Of a stretch of 64,000 bases of DNA, positions 39,019-51,200 are shown in pieces; within the stretch, counting starts at the first letter, position 1; the number at the start of each line of letters is the position of its first letter. Origin of the DNA: an uncultured cyanobacterium. Its GTDB lineage: Bacteria; Cyanobacteriota; Cyanobacteriia; Cyanobacteriales; Cyanobacteriaceae. The position numbers and the translations under genes are program-made. Location of the stretch: contig CAVVOP010000022.1 of assembly GCA_963749915.1 (NCBI GenBank), positions 544,001 to 608,000 of the forward strand, given 5' to 3'. A model generated the notes under the pieces. The model saw nothing but the letters and a program-made list of their open reading frames with translations. It was not told the origin of the DNA and made no database searches.

Positions 39019-39465
39019 ATGAATAAAATTAATCTTACTTTTTGTTATTTTTGTTTACTGATTATCTCTCATCATTGGTTAACTTTAAGGGCTTTTGCTC
39101 AATCTAAAATATATAATCCCATACCGATACAAGAAAATGAACCTATCTCAGACAAACTCACCAGTGATGACATCCCAACGGGAGAAGGCGGTTTTGCGAG
39201 GGATTATGTTGTGAATCTACAAAAAGGTGATCAAATTGCCGTAGATTTGACTTCCGATGATTTTGACACGGTGGTGATTTTGATTAGTGAAGACGGTTCA
39301 ACCATAGCAGAAAATGATGATAGTCCTGATAGTGAAAGTAATTCTCTTTTATTTACCCGCATTGCGGAAAAAGGAAAATATATTATCAGAGTTAGGACTT
39401 TTGGTCCCACAGGAAATGGTAAGTTTACTCTTAAGTTAACCCGATTACAACCTATTGAACCCTAA
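39019..39465 (+). CDS. Secreted PPC (pre-peptidase C-terminal) domain protein
   Basis: Signal peptide ending AFAQ; DLTSDDFDT...ENDD...NS...GKYIIRV. Confidence 0.75.
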   Translation: MNKINLTFCYFCLLIISHHWLTLRAFAQSKIYNPIPIQENEPISDKLTSDDIPTGEGGFARDYVVNLQKGDQIAVDLTSDDFDTVVILISEDGSTIAENDDSPDSESNSLLFTRIAEKGKYIIRVRTFGPTGNGKFTLKLTRLQPIEP

Positions 39466-39592
39466 TTTTCTGAAAATTATTATGATACTCGAACAATTAT
39501 TATCAAAAATCAACTTTTTTACGATGAAGTAAAAGAAATTTTCTGTTTATTATTTAAATTCTTTAAAAAGGTCATTTATTTTTATTTGGGGT

Positions 39593-39853
39593 TTACAATT
39601 CTTCAATAATTGTATCACTTTTCTTATTATTATATTTGTTATTTTTAGGCAGATTTTCATTAAATGAATTTACTAAAACTCGATTAATGGTCTTACGAGT
39701 ATTAAGGCTAAAATCACTTAACGGAGAAGGCAAAAAAAGATCGCCATAGGCAATAAATAGTATTATGTAAACGGGAAATAATTTGCTTAATTTTAAAGCT
39801 ATATTTCCTAGTAATCCCCAAAAACCATTGAAAAGTTTAATATTAAAATTCAT
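39593..39853 (-). CDS. Hypothetical membrane protein
   Basis: One TM segment followed by YGDLFLPSPLSDFS. Confidence 0.5.
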   Translation of the reverse strand: MNFNIKLFNGFWGLLGNIALKLSKLFPVYIILFIAYGDLFLPSPLSDFSLNTRKTINRVLVNSFNENLPKNNKYNNKKSDTIIEEL

Positions 39854-39916
39854 TATCCTAGCCTTTATTCTTCAGGTTATTTTGACTAACTCCTCATTCT
39901 CTAATTTAACAAAAAG

Positions 39917-40363
39917 TTAAGATTTCACCTGTATTTGAGTAACATAATTTTTAAATCTATCTAAATCTTTTTGAATGGTAGATTCTACAATCTGACCTAA
40001 AAATAAATTATCCATTAGTTCACCCAGAATACCGGGTATGGCATAGGCGATCGTCAATTTTACAATACTACTCTGATGGCGATCATAGAAACGGACCGCA
40101 CCACGATTCGGCAAACCATCAACGGATTCCCACTGAATAATTTGATGCTTTTCTAATTTGACTATGCGAGATAACCAAGTAAATTGAAAACCGGCACTGG
40201 CTAATTTCCAACGAGACAAATCGGGATCGTCCGCCAAAATTTTGACTGAGTCAATCCATTTCATCCAGCGAGGCATCTGTTCTAAATCTGACCATAAATT
40301 CCAGACCAAATCAATCGGTGCATCAACTTCTACTTGTACACTATGTTCTAACCATTTACTCAT
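39917..40363 (-). CDS. SRPBCC/polyketide cyclase family protein
   Basis: WLEHSVQVEV...WSDLEQMPRWMKWI...WESVDGLPNRGAVRF. Confidence 0.88.
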   Translation of the reverse strand: MSKWLEHSVQVEVDAPIDLVWNLWSDLEQMPRWMKWIDSVKILADDPDLSRWKLASAGFQFTWLSRIVKLEKHQIIQWESVDGLPNRGAVRFYDRHQSSIVKLTIAYAIPGILGELMDNLFLGQIVESTIQKDLDRFKNYVTQIQVKS

Positions 40364-40529
40364 GGGAGGATCTTTGAACTCAATTCTTAAGATTCCTAGA
40401 TCATAACAGTTAATAATTAGTAATTAGCAAATATCTATGGAGGAAAAACCCTAACTGAGAAAAATGTAAATTATTGTAAAGTTAGTTAAAATAGCAAATA
40501 TAATATTTGAAGAACAAAGAAATACCGCA

Positions 40530-40856
40530 ATGTCTCCATCTCAACCCACAGAAAAAGAAATATTAAAACAAGTATTAGAACCTTTATTACAAGACTTTGA
40601 GTATTGGTTTTCTCGATCCCATTCTTTGTTAGAATCAGAGAATATACCTTTTTTATCTGTAGAGGAACAAACAAAATTACTAGAAAGAATCAAACAAGCT
40701 GAAGGTGAAGTTAAAACCGCCATGATGCTTTTTAAGGTCACCGATAGTCGAGCGGGCATTGAGACTAAAGTATTAATGTCTTGGCATCAATTAGTGTCCG
40801 AATGTTGGGGAATCGCCCGAAAATGGCGATGGGAAAAGTCTCGGGAAGACCAATAA
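40530..40856 (+). CDS. Conserved cyanobacterial protein (DUF2605-like)
   Basis: LKQVLEPLLQDFEYWFSRS...WHQLVSECW. Confidence 0.75.
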   Translation: MSPSQPTEKEILKQVLEPLLQDFEYWFSRSHSLLESENIPFLSVEEQTKLLERIKQAEGEVKTAMMLFKVTDSRAGIETKVLMSWHQLVSECWGIARKWRWEKSREDQ

Positions 40857-40975
40857 TTTTTGATGAGGATTCTTTTACCGCCCATTTATCATCTTGTTTT
40901 CAATTTTTAAAAATTATCTTTATCTCACTTCGGTTTTTAAAAACTGCACCTTACTACAATCCTTTGGAGGTTAAA

Positions 40976-41290
40976 ATGCTACATTTACTTTATATTTTGG
41001 CTTTTACCGTTATTGCTTTTTTTGCTATCAGTAATTTAATTCGCAGTTTGATTACTATTAGCGGTGAATCCCGACGTGGATCGTGGAGTGATACCCCTAG
41101 ACCGATGCGATCGCCCTATAAAAGCACCTACCGACCTACTCACCCCGAATTATTCGACAATCAAGGCAATCCCATTAACGAACCTTTATTGGTAATTCGC
41201 TCAGTGTCTGTAGAAGATGCCCGTCAAAAACTAGATTCTATCTATGAGTCTTCTCCTAGTCAAACCAGACCCACAGAAGACGAAGTTTAA
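40976..41290 (+). CDS. Conserved cyanobacterial protein (DUF2973-like)
   Basis: GGAGG RBS then MLHLLYILAFTVIAFFAISNLIRS...HPELFD..G..INEPLLVIRS...DARQKLD. Confidence 0.78.
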   Translation: MLHLLYILAFTVIAFFAISNLIRSLITISGESRRGSWSDTPRPMRSPYKSTYRPTHPELFDNQGNPINEPLLVIRSVSVEDARQKLDSIYESSPSQTRPTEDEV

Positions 41291-41315
41291 ATGGTAACAA
41301 GTTTTTAACAAAAAA

Positions 41316-41996
41316 ATGGTAATTTCAGTTGCGGATACAGATATTGATATAGCTCGCTATATAGATCAAGCAGTGCTTAATCCGATGGCAACAGCAAAAG
41401 ATGTTGAAGAATGTTGTCATCAAGCCATCCAATATAATTTCCCGGCGGTATGTGTTTATCCTAGTGCCGTCAAAAAAGCATCAAAGCTATTACATAATCA
41501 TAAAACTAACATTGCTACCGTCATCGGTTTTCCCACAGGAGCAAATACATCTGGTTGTAAACTTTATGAAGCTCAAGAAGCTGTGGAAAATGGGGCGATG
41601 GAACTTGATGTCATGATCAACTTGGGTTGGTTGAAAGAGGGCAAATCGGAATCAATTTATCAAGAAATAGCCTCTATTTGTGAAGAAACAGGGCAGGTCG
41701 TTAAGGCAATTTTGGAAACCACTCGCTTAACGGACACGGAAAAAAGACTCGCCGCCGAAATTTGTATGGATGCTGGGGCAAGTTTTTTGAAAACCTCTAC
41801 GGGATGGTTTGGCGGTGCTACCGTTGAAGATGTCAAGTTTTTACATAAAATTACCAAAGGGCAAGTGCAAATTAAAGCCTCGGGAGGTATCAAAGATTTA
41901 GAACAAGCGATCTCCTTAATCAAGGCCGGGGCAAATCGACTCGGCACATCCCAAGGAGTAGAATTAGTCCAACAACAATTAGCAATTAGTAATTAA
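41316..41996 (+). CDS. deoC: Deoxyribose-phosphate aldolase
   Basis: [40 protein letters not shown]. Confidence 0.95.
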   Translation: MVISVADTDIDIARYIDQAVLNPMATAKDVEECCHQAIQYNFPAVCVYPSAVKKASKLLHNHKTNIATVIGFPTGANTSGCKLYEAQEAVENGAMELDVMINLGWLKEGKSESIYQEIASICEETGQVVKAILETTRLTDTEKRLAAEICMDAGASFLKTSTGWFGGATVEDVKFLHKITKGQVQIKASGGIKDLEQAISLIKAGANRLGTSQGVELVQQQLAISN

Positions 41997-42066
41997 CAAT
42001 CAAGAAAGAGTGTAAGTTGTAAGGAGAATCATTAACGGTCAATGGTCAATTATCAATTATTACCGA

Positions 42067-42900
42067 ATGAGTGGTACATATCAGACTACGGGAATTATTA
42101 TCAAAAAGCAAGGTTTTGGGGAAAATGATCTCTTAATTACCTTTCTTTCCCCTGACAATGGATTAGTCAAGGCGATCGCCCCTAATGCCAGAAAATATAA
42201 ATCCACCTTAAGAGGTCGCACTGAATTATTTATAGTCAATAACTTTCTGATGGTTAAAGGGAGAAATCTTGATCGCATTACACAAATTGAAATCGAAAAG
42301 CGATATCCCAAATTAAGCCAGAGTATCGGTAAATTAACTGTCAGCCAATATTTAGCCGAATTAGTCTTAAATTTAGCTCTAACACAACAACCACAACCAG
42401 AATTGTATGCCATTTTCAACGAACATTTAAGGCGGATAGAAGAATTATCCACCAGTGAGAATCTTTTTCCTTATATAGCCCAGGGAGTTTTTCATTTTTT
42501 GGCCATCGCAGGTATTGCTCCCGATGTTTATAATTGTATTGAAACCCAACAATCCATCATCCCTAACTTCGAACAAAAAGACTGGAAAGTGGGGTTTAGT
42601 TTTAAAGCTGGTGGTTTACTCAAAACTCTCAATACTGGTAAAATTAGCTACAAGTCGAACCCGATTTCGATAAATAGTCAACTTAACGCCGTTGAATTAG
42701 CATTGTTGCAAAGTTTAGCCCATAAGATTTTATTACCCATTACAGAAATTCTCCCCTGTATTTATCCCGATTCTGTCATCGAAAATGGATGGATGAGAGT
42801 GGAAAGAATACTCAAAGATTACCTCGAATTTTACTTAGGTCATGGGCTAAAATCAGCGGAGGTTATTCACGATATTTTGATGGTATTTTCGACTAGATAA
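42067..42900 (+). CDS. recO: DNA repair protein RecO
   Basis: GIIIK...GENDLLITFLS...GLVKAIAPNARKYKS.L.GRTELF; deoC-recO adjacency. Confidence 0.88.
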   Translation: MSGTYQTTGIIIKKQGFGENDLLITFLSPDNGLVKAIAPNARKYKSTLRGRTELFIVNNFLMVKGRNLDRITQIEIEKRYPKLSQSIGKLTVSQYLAELVLNLALTQQPQPELYAIFNEHLRRIEELSTSENLFPYIAQGVFHFLAIAGIAPDVYNCIETQQSIIPNFEQKDWKVGFSFKAGGLLKTLNTGKISYKSNPISINSQLNAVELALLQSLAHKILLPITEILPCIYPDSVIENGWMRVERILKDYLEFYLGHGLKSAEVIHDILMVFSTR

Positions 42901-43090
42901 TTACTTATATTTTTAGTAATCATCAAGGTCAAAAAAAGTACACTAAGCTATAATGTATTTATGTATATTGATAGAAATAAACCGTTGACGAAGGAATTTA
43001 AAATTAAACAAATATTAGGTAAGAATATTTGATTACTGAACTTAAATTGATTTATTATGAACAGTTAAAAATGAATAGACACTACTAAAA

Positions 43091-44461
43091 ATGCGAGTAT
43101 CAGACACGGAAAAAGAAGGAAATCCGCCCCTAGAATCTGTTAATTTGAATGAATTTGAATCCTTAATTAATCAAGAAGAATCTAGCACCGGATTTATGAA
43201 TGTATGGAGAAATACAAGCTTTTTAATACTTTGGTTAGGGCAAGTTTTTTCCCAGTTAGCAGACAAAATTTATCTAGTTTTAATTATTGCCATTATTAGC
43301 AGTAATTTTCAAACAGAAGGGCAAAGTATTAGCGTTTGGGTATCATTAGTAATGATCGCTTTTACTATTCCTGCGGTCTTATTTGGATCATTAGCAGGAG
43401 TATATGTCGATCGCTGGTCAAAAAAAGCAGTATTAGTAGTCTCGAATTTACTCAGGGGAATGTTAGTTTTAATGATTCCTTTTTGCTTATCAATAGAGAG
43501 CATCAATCGACAAATTTTCTCCTTACCTTTTACTTTTTTGTTAATATTACTAATCACATTTTTAGTATCTACCTGTACTCAGTTTTTTGCTCCAGCCGAA
43601 CAGTCAACAATTCCTTTAATAGTCAGAAAACCAGATCTGTTAGCCGCTAATTCTATTTATACCACCACCATGATGGCAATGTTAATTGTGGGTTTTGCCA
43701 TCGGCGATCCACTATTAGTATTAGTGGGTAATTGGGGTGAAAAATTTGCTTTTAACTATGGACAAGAATTATTAGTAGGTACTTCTTACGGCACAGCGGG
43801 TTTAGTTTTAATTGTACTCAATACCCAAGAAAAAAACTACCATAAACAAACAGAAGAAAAACACCCTTTCGAAGATATAAAAGGAGGACTAGACTACTTA
43901 AATAAAAATCATCGAGTGCGCAATGCCTTATTTCAATTAGTGATTTTATTCTCTATTTTTGCCGCTTTAGCAGTGTTAGCTGTGCGTTTAGCGGAGACAA
44001 TCCCGGGGATGGAAGCTTCTCAATTTGGCTATCTTCTGGCCTCAGCAGGGGTTGGTATCGGTCTCGGTGGAACATTTGTTACCCATCAAGGAAAAATGAC
44101 TTCCCATGCTAAACTTAGTTTCTGGGGATCCATTGGCATGGCCGGTTCATTAACGGGTTTATCGATGGCCACTAGCAGTCTTGTTTTTGCCTTAACAATG
44201 ACGGTTATTTTAGGGTTTTTTGCCGCCCTGGTGGGAGTGCCAATGCAGACAACCATTCAAGCAGAAACTCCCCCGGAGATGCGGGGAAAAGTGTTCGGCT
44301 TACAAAATAATGCCGTCAATATTGCTTTATCTTTACCTCTAGCTTTAGCAGGCGTCGCCGAAACCTATTTTGGTTTGCAGATAGTTTTAATAACCCTAGC
44401 ACTATTAGCGGCTGGTGGTAGTGCCCTAACTTCTCTTATTACTGCTAAACAAGGGAACTAA
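43091..44461 (+). CDS. MFS transporter
   Basis: LWLGQVFSQLAD, AGVYVDRWSKK, QFFAPAE, MRGKVFG; about 12 TM segments. Confidence 0.9.
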   Translation: MRVSDTEKEGNPPLESVNLNEFESLINQEESSTGFMNVWRNTSFLILWLGQVFSQLADKIYLVLIIAIISSNFQTEGQSISVWVSLVMIAFTIPAVLFGSLAGVYVDRWSKKAVLVVSNLLRGMLVLMIPFCLSIESINRQIFSLPFTFLLILLITFLVSTCTQFFAPAEQSTIPLIVRKPDLLAANSIYTTTMMAMLIVGFAIGDPLLVLVGNWGEKFAFNYGQELLVGTSYGTAGLVLIVLNTQEKNYHKQTEEKHPFEDIKGGLDYLNKNHRVRNALFQLVILFSIFAALAVLAVRLAETIPGMEASQFGYLLASAGVGIGLGGTFVTHQGKMTSHAKLSFWGSIGMAGSLTGLSMATSSLVFALTMTVILGFFAALVGVPMQTTIQAETPPEMRGKVFGLQNNAVNIALSLPLALAGVAETYFGLQIVLITLALLAAGGSALTSLITAKQGN

Positions 44462-44521
44462 TTTACATAAAAATTATTCATACTAGATTGTAGATACCTA
44501 TTCTTAATTTTTAGTTAAACT

Positions 44522-44992
44522 ATGCTAGCACACAAATACACTCTCAATCTTCTGAAAACTGGTTATCATATTCTTATTTTAATTACCTTAACTACGACTG
44601 CCATCGCACTAGGAGGAACTCCCGAAATTAATTGGCAAAATAAAACCGTCAATATAAATAATCAAGCTGTAGCTCAAGACCCCTCTGACGATGATTTAAG
44701 AAAATATGCTCAGGCAGCTGTAGAAATTGAAAATTTACGCAAAACTACTTTTACCAATATTGAAAATATTGTGGGTAAATCAAAACCAAATCAGTTAAAT
44801 TGTAATCGACAAGAAAGTTTAAACCAATTACCTGACAATGCCCGTAGTATAGCAGTTAGTTATTGCAAACAATCAGAAGCCATCGTCAAAAAATATGGTT
44901 TAAGCATCAATCAATTTAATCAAATAACCCAACAAGTTAGGCAAAATCCCGAAATTAAGCGAAAATTACAATCCATTGTCGGGCAAATGTGA
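44522..44992 (+). CDS. Secreted protein (DUF4168-like)
   Basis: LRKYAQAAVEIE...YC.QSEAIVKKYGLSINQFNQI. Confidence 0.7.
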   Translation: MLAHKYTLNLLKTGYHILILITLTTTAIALGGTPEINWQNKTVNINNQAVAQDPSDDDLRKYAQAAVEIENLRKTTFTNIENIVGKSKPNQLNCNRQESLNQLPDNARSIAVSYCKQSEAIVKKYGLSINQFNQITQQVRQNPEIKRKLQSIVGQM

Positions 44993-45201
44993 AAAATGGA
45001 CCATTAGGAATCAGGAATATTTCCTAGTTTTTCTATCTCCTACCCTTATATCTCTTTCTACCTGTCCCTTTGTCTTTTCCGCGTCGAACTCCTGACTATT
45101 CCTAAGTAAATCTGATATGCTGGTAAGGTTGATTGTTGTTAATTGTTAAACATTGTTTCATAATTATAAGAATACTTAATAATCAGGTTGATTCGATATA
45201 C

Positions 45202-48200
45202 ATGGGATACGTTAAACATTCTAACTTCGTTAATCTACTTCAAGAACGTGCAGTTTCGCATCCAGATAAAGTTATATTTACCTTCTTGGGCGATGGTGAA
45301 ACGGAGACGGAAAGTTTGACCTATCAACAATTAGATAACCAAGCGAAAGCCATCGCCGAGAATCTTTCTGAAATTGCCCGTAATTTATTGGGGAACAAAG
45401 GAGAAGGGCAAAGGGCATTATTATTGTACCAACCAGGATTAGAATTTATTACCGCCTTTTTAGGATGTTTATATGCAGGAATCATCGCCACTCCTGCTTA
45501 TCCCCCTCGTCAAAATCGCTCCTTTATCCGTTTAGAAACTATTATCAAAGATGCTGGGGCGTTGTTTGCCCTGACAACGGAATCTTTAAAACAAAAAATT
45601 GAACAGAAATTAACTAAAAATAGTGATATCATTTGTATCCCCACGGATAATATTGCTTTAGCCTTAGCCGAAAATTGGCAAAAATCCCCCTATATCCAGG
45701 AGGATAATTTGGCTTTTTTACAATATACTAGTGGTTCCACCGGCACCCCCAAAGGGGTAATGGTAAGTCATGGTAACTTAATTCATAATTCTTATTTGAT
45801 TAGTAGTTATTTTGAAAATAATGGTAAAAGTGTAGGTTGTTCATGGCTTCCTCCTTATCATGATATGGGCCTAATCGGCGGTATTTTACAGCCCATTTAC
45901 GCCGCTATATCAACCATCGTGCTTCCCCCTGTAAGCTTTCTACAGCGTCCCATACGTTGGCTGAGAGCTATTTCCCAGTACAAGGTGACGACTACCGGAG
46001 GACCAAATTTTGCCTATGAAATGTGCATAAACTCCATCAGTGAGAAACAAAAAGCGGATTTAGACTTAAGCAGTTGGGATTTGGCGTTTAGTGGTGCTGA
46101 ACCCGTAAGAGCGGAAACTATTGCCAAATTTAGTGAATATTTCGGCGATTGTGGCTTCAAACGAGAGGCTTTTTATCCTTGTTATGGCATGGCTGAAACC
46201 ACCTTAATTGTTTCGGGTGCCAGTAAAAATCAATCTCCCACGGTAAAAACAGTTTCAGCAGAGGCTTTAACCCAAAATAACATTATCCCCGTGAATGAAA
46301 ATACCCCTGACAGTCAAGTATTAGTTAGTAGCGGTAAAATTGCCGGTGAATTACAAAGTTTAATCGTCAATCCCGATACTTTGGAAGAGTGTGCAGAGAA
46401 TGAAGTTGGGGAAATTTGGGTAAAAGGTGCAAGTGTCACTCAGGGTTATTGGCAACGAGAAGAAGCCACTGAAAATATTTTTCATGCCTATACAAAAGAT
46501 ACTAAATCAGGTCCTTTTTTACGCACGGGGGATTTAGGTTTTATTAGTGATGGCGAGTTATTTGTCACAGGCAGACTCAAAGATTTGATTATAGTTCGAG
46601 GGCGTAATCATTACCCCCAAGACATAGAAGAAAGTGTCGCTAATTGTCATGAAGCCATTAATTCTGAAAATGGTGCGGCTTTTGCCATTGACGTTGCCGA
46701 TGAGGAGCAGTTGGTAGTTATATTTGAAGTTAAGAGAACTTTTTTCGCCAAAATTAACCAAGATGAAGGTTTGAAGCGGCAGATTTTTCAGCAGATTCGT
46801 CAAACCATCACCGAAAACCACGAATTGCAAGTTTATAGTATTGTTTTATTAAAAACGGGGAGTATTCCCAAAACCTCTAGCGGAAAAATTGCCCGTTATG
46901 CTTGTCGGCAAAAATTTTTAGATAATACTTTACAAGTAGTTGCCCAATGGGATTTACAAGGAGATATTAAGAGCCCCACTTTAACCACCACTAACCCAGA
47001 GATTGCCTCTTTTGTTAAGATTGATTTAGCCCAAGAAAGCGGTAAACTGTTAGAAATTGAAACATGGTTAAGGGAAAATATCGCTAACCGTTTAGGAGTA
47101 ACACCCCAAGCCATTGATGTTCAGCAACCTTTTATTAATTATGGCTTAGATTCCGTAGAAGCGGTAAGGTTAACGGCGGATTTGGAAGACTGGTTAGATT
47201 GTCGTCTCTCCCCTACTTTGGCCTATGATTACCCGAACATCGCCACTTTAGCCCATTATTTAGCAGAAGAAAAAACCGAAGAAAAAACCACCGTTATCCC
47301 TGTTACCAATAATCAATCTCGGTTGAATAATAGTAAAATCGCTATTATTGGCATGGCTTGTCGTTTTTCGGAGGCGGGTAATTGTGAGGAATACTGGCAA
47401 TTATTGTCTCAGGGTAAGGATACCATTAAACGGACACATCGCCCTAATTTGCCCTATCTTGGTGGTTATATCGACAATTATGATCAATTTGACCCCCATT
47501 TTTTTGAAATATCTCCTAGAGAAGCTGTAAATATTGATCCGCAACAGAGGATATTATTACAAGTTACCCACGAAGCCCTAGAAAATGCTAATGTCACCGT
47601 TGAGAGTTTATCGGGTAGCAATACGGGAGTTTTTATAGGCATTAGTAGCTCAGATTATGCTCAATTACAAGTTAAAAACCGTTGGGATGTCAATGTCTAT
47701 ACTGGCACTGGCAACGCCGCTTCTATTTCAGCTAATAGAATATCCTATAGTTATAATTTACTCGGACCTTCCTTGAGTGTAGATACCGCTTGTTCATCTT
47801 CCCTTGTTGCGGTACATTTGGCAGTCAATAGCTTGAAAAATGGTGAATGTAATCAAGCCATTGTCGGTGGTGTCAATCTGATTCTCTCTCCTGAGTTAAC
47901 AGAAACTTTTCAAAAAGCCGGAATGATGGCAGAAGATGGAAAGTGCAAGACTTTTTCCGCTGATGCTGATGGTTATGTGAGGGGTGAGGGTTGCGGCGTC
48001 ATTATCTTAAAACCCCTTGGTCAATCGATCACCGATGGCGATAATATTTTAGCAGTTATTCATGGTTCAGCTATCAATCAAGATGGTCGCAGTAATGGAT
48101 TGACTGCCCCTTCAGGAAAAGCACAACAAAGGGTAATACAATCCGCTTGGCAAAATGCAGGGATTACGGCGGATAAAATTAATTATATCGAGGCTCATGG

Positions 48201-51200
48201 TACTGGTACAGCATTAGGCGATCCTATTGAACTCAATTCCCTCAGTGAGTTATTATCCTCTCATCCTGAGCAAGAATTTCCTACATGGGTAGGTTCTGCA
48301 AAAACAAATATCGGACATTTGGAAGCCGCTGCAGGAATCGCAGGGTTAATTAAAACAGTTTTGGCATTAAAACATCAAATTATTCCCCCGAGTATTAATT
48401 TTACCGAACTTAATCCTTATATTAATTTAGGTAAAAGTCGAGTTAAAATCGCCAGAGAATCCATCCCTTGGCTATCTTCTCCCCAACCTCGTTACGCGGG
48501 GATAAGCTCATTTGGTTTTGGCGGTACAAATGCTCATATTATTGTCGGCGATAACAGCGAAAAATCTATCAATGAAAATGTGCCTTTAAAAGAGGATAAT
48601 CGTCCTTATCCTACCCATCATCTTTTGACAATTTCGGCACAAACTGAGACAGCTTTAGGGGATTTAATTACCCGTTACCAAGACTATTTACAGGAAAAAC
48701 CAGACATCAATTTTGCTGATATTTGTTTTACTGCTAATGTTGGGAGATCGATGTTGAAATATAAGTTGGCATTAGTAGGCAAGAATCGTGCAGAAATTTT
48801 ATCCCAATTAAAACTAGGCAAAACAAAGACAGTTAAGAATAGTCAAATTGCCTTTTTATTTACGGGGCAAGGATCACAATATAGTAAGATGGGTTATGAA
48901 TTATATCAAACTTCCCCTACTTTTAAAAATACCGTCGATTATTGTGAGCAAATACTAAATAAGTATCTCGACAAACCCATCACAGAAATCTTATTTAACT
49001 CAAAAAATCAGGGCTTATTAAATCAAACAATTTATACTCAACCGGCCCTATTTGTCATTGAATACGCCCTAGCAAAATTATGGCTAACATGGGGAATAAA
49101 ACCTGCCATAGTTGTGGGGCATAGTGTGGGTGAATATGTTGCCGCAGCAGTAGCTGGCGTATTTAGTTTAGAGGATGGTTTAAAATTAATTGCTTATCGA
49201 GGAAAATTGATGCAAAAACTGCCTCAAGATGGGGGTATGTTATGCCTATTTACCAATGAAAAAAATGTTAATAAATTAATTAAAAAATATGGTAATCAAG
49301 TAGAAATTTCAGTTATTAATGGTGATAATAATGTTGTTATTTCTGGTTATCGAAAAGTATTGGTAAGCATAGAAAGTGAAGCAATAAAACAGAAAATAAA
49401 AGCGAAAAAATTAACAGTGTCTCATGGTTTTCACTCTTTCTTAATGGAGTCAATATTATCAGAATTTAGAGAAATCGCTACCACTATTAACTATAACTTG
49501 CCAAATTTGCCCATTATTTCTAATGTCACGGGAAAAGCTAATAATAAAGAAATTGCTACGGCAGAATATTGGGTTGAGCACATCATTAAACCCGTGAAAT
49601 TTAATCAAAGTTTGGCATTATTAAGGCAAGAAAATTATCAAATATTATTAGAAATTGGGGCGAAGCCTATTCTCTTAGGTATGGCAGAACATTCCCTTAA
49701 TAGTCATAATTATGTTTATTTACCTAGTCTGAGAAAAGGTAGCTCGGATTGGCGAAATTTGCTCTCCAGTTTAGCTGAATTATATAATTTGGGCATTAAA
49801 ATTAATTGGTCAAATTTTTATCAGGATTATCCTCAATTAAAAAAAGTACAATTACCAAATTATCCTTGGCAAAATCAACGTTATTGGTTAGGAGATGAAA
49901 CTCAAAATCACGACTTATCTTTAGATTGGTTATATAAACTCCATTGGCTAAAAGGTGAAGACTTAACGGTTAATCATGATATTAAGAATAGTTATCTCAT
50001 TTTTGCCAAAAAACAATGTCAAGGAGAAAAATTAGCCAGTCAATTAATTTCCCTAGGAAATCAAGTTTATTTAGTTTATCAAGGAAAAGAATATAAACAA
50101 CAAGGTAATTGTTATTGGTTAAATCCTTGTCATCCTGAAGACTATGAAAATTTATGGCGAAATATTCACCAACCCATAGACAAGATAGTTTATTTTTGGG
50201 GTTTACAAGAATTAGCTAAAAGGGAAACATTAGATTTAGCCAAAACTGAATTTTTTGGATGTCTTCCTGTTATCTATTTATTGCAAAGTTTGGTTATAAC
50301 TGCCCATAAAACTAAATTATGGTTAATTACCCAACTCAGTCAATCTGTGACTACTCAAGACAAGATAAATCCTCAAGGGGGAAGTTTATGGGGGTTAGGA
50401 AAAGTTATCGCCGTTGAGCATCCCGAATACTGGGGGGGTATAATAGACATTGATAATGAAGAAAATTCTCTTCACTCATCTTTACTGTTGGGCAAAATAA
50501 AGGATGATAGCCCTGAAAATATGAGTGCCATTCGCGGGGAAAATATTTACTATCCTCGTTTGCAAAAACAACCCCATGGTATCAATAAAAATTCTCTTCA
50601 AATTTCTATCAATGATGAATCGAGTTATTTAATTACGGGAGGACTAGGGGCGTTAGGTATTCAATGTGCTAAGTGGTTAATTCGTCAAGGGGCAAAAAAA
50701 ATAATTTTAATGTCTCGTCGTCAACCATCGGTAACAATTCAACGTCAATTAGAGTCTTGGCAACAACAAGGGATTAAAATTATCGTAGCTAAGGGTGATG
50801 TATCAAACTTCGAAGATTTAAAGAGAGTTTTTCAACAAATCACATCTTCTTTGTTTCCTCTCAAAGGTATCATTCACAGTGCAGGAGTTTTAGCTGACGG
50901 TATCTTAACCACCCTCACTGCTGATAAGTTGGAGTCAGTAATGTCTCCTAAAATATTGGGCACATGGAATTTACACCACCTCACCCTCGATTTACCCTTA
51001 GACTTTTTTGTCATGTTTTCCTCTGTCGCTTCTTTGTTGGGCTCGGCAGGACAAGGTAATTATGGGGCGGCGAATGGTTATTTAGATAGTTTTGCCAGTT
51101 ATCGTCATAGTTTGAATCTTCCCGCCTTAACGATTAACTGGGGTGCGTTTGATGTGGGAATGGCAGAATTAAAACAACATTCTCTAACCGCTTCGGGCAT

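Noticed and set aside
40781..40975. Extended N-terminus of the 169-aa ORF
   Set aside because: It overlaps the upstream gene; the RBS and conserved start indicate ATG at 40976
45133..45201. TTG-start extension of ols
   Set aside because: The FAAL-like sequence begins after ATG 45202
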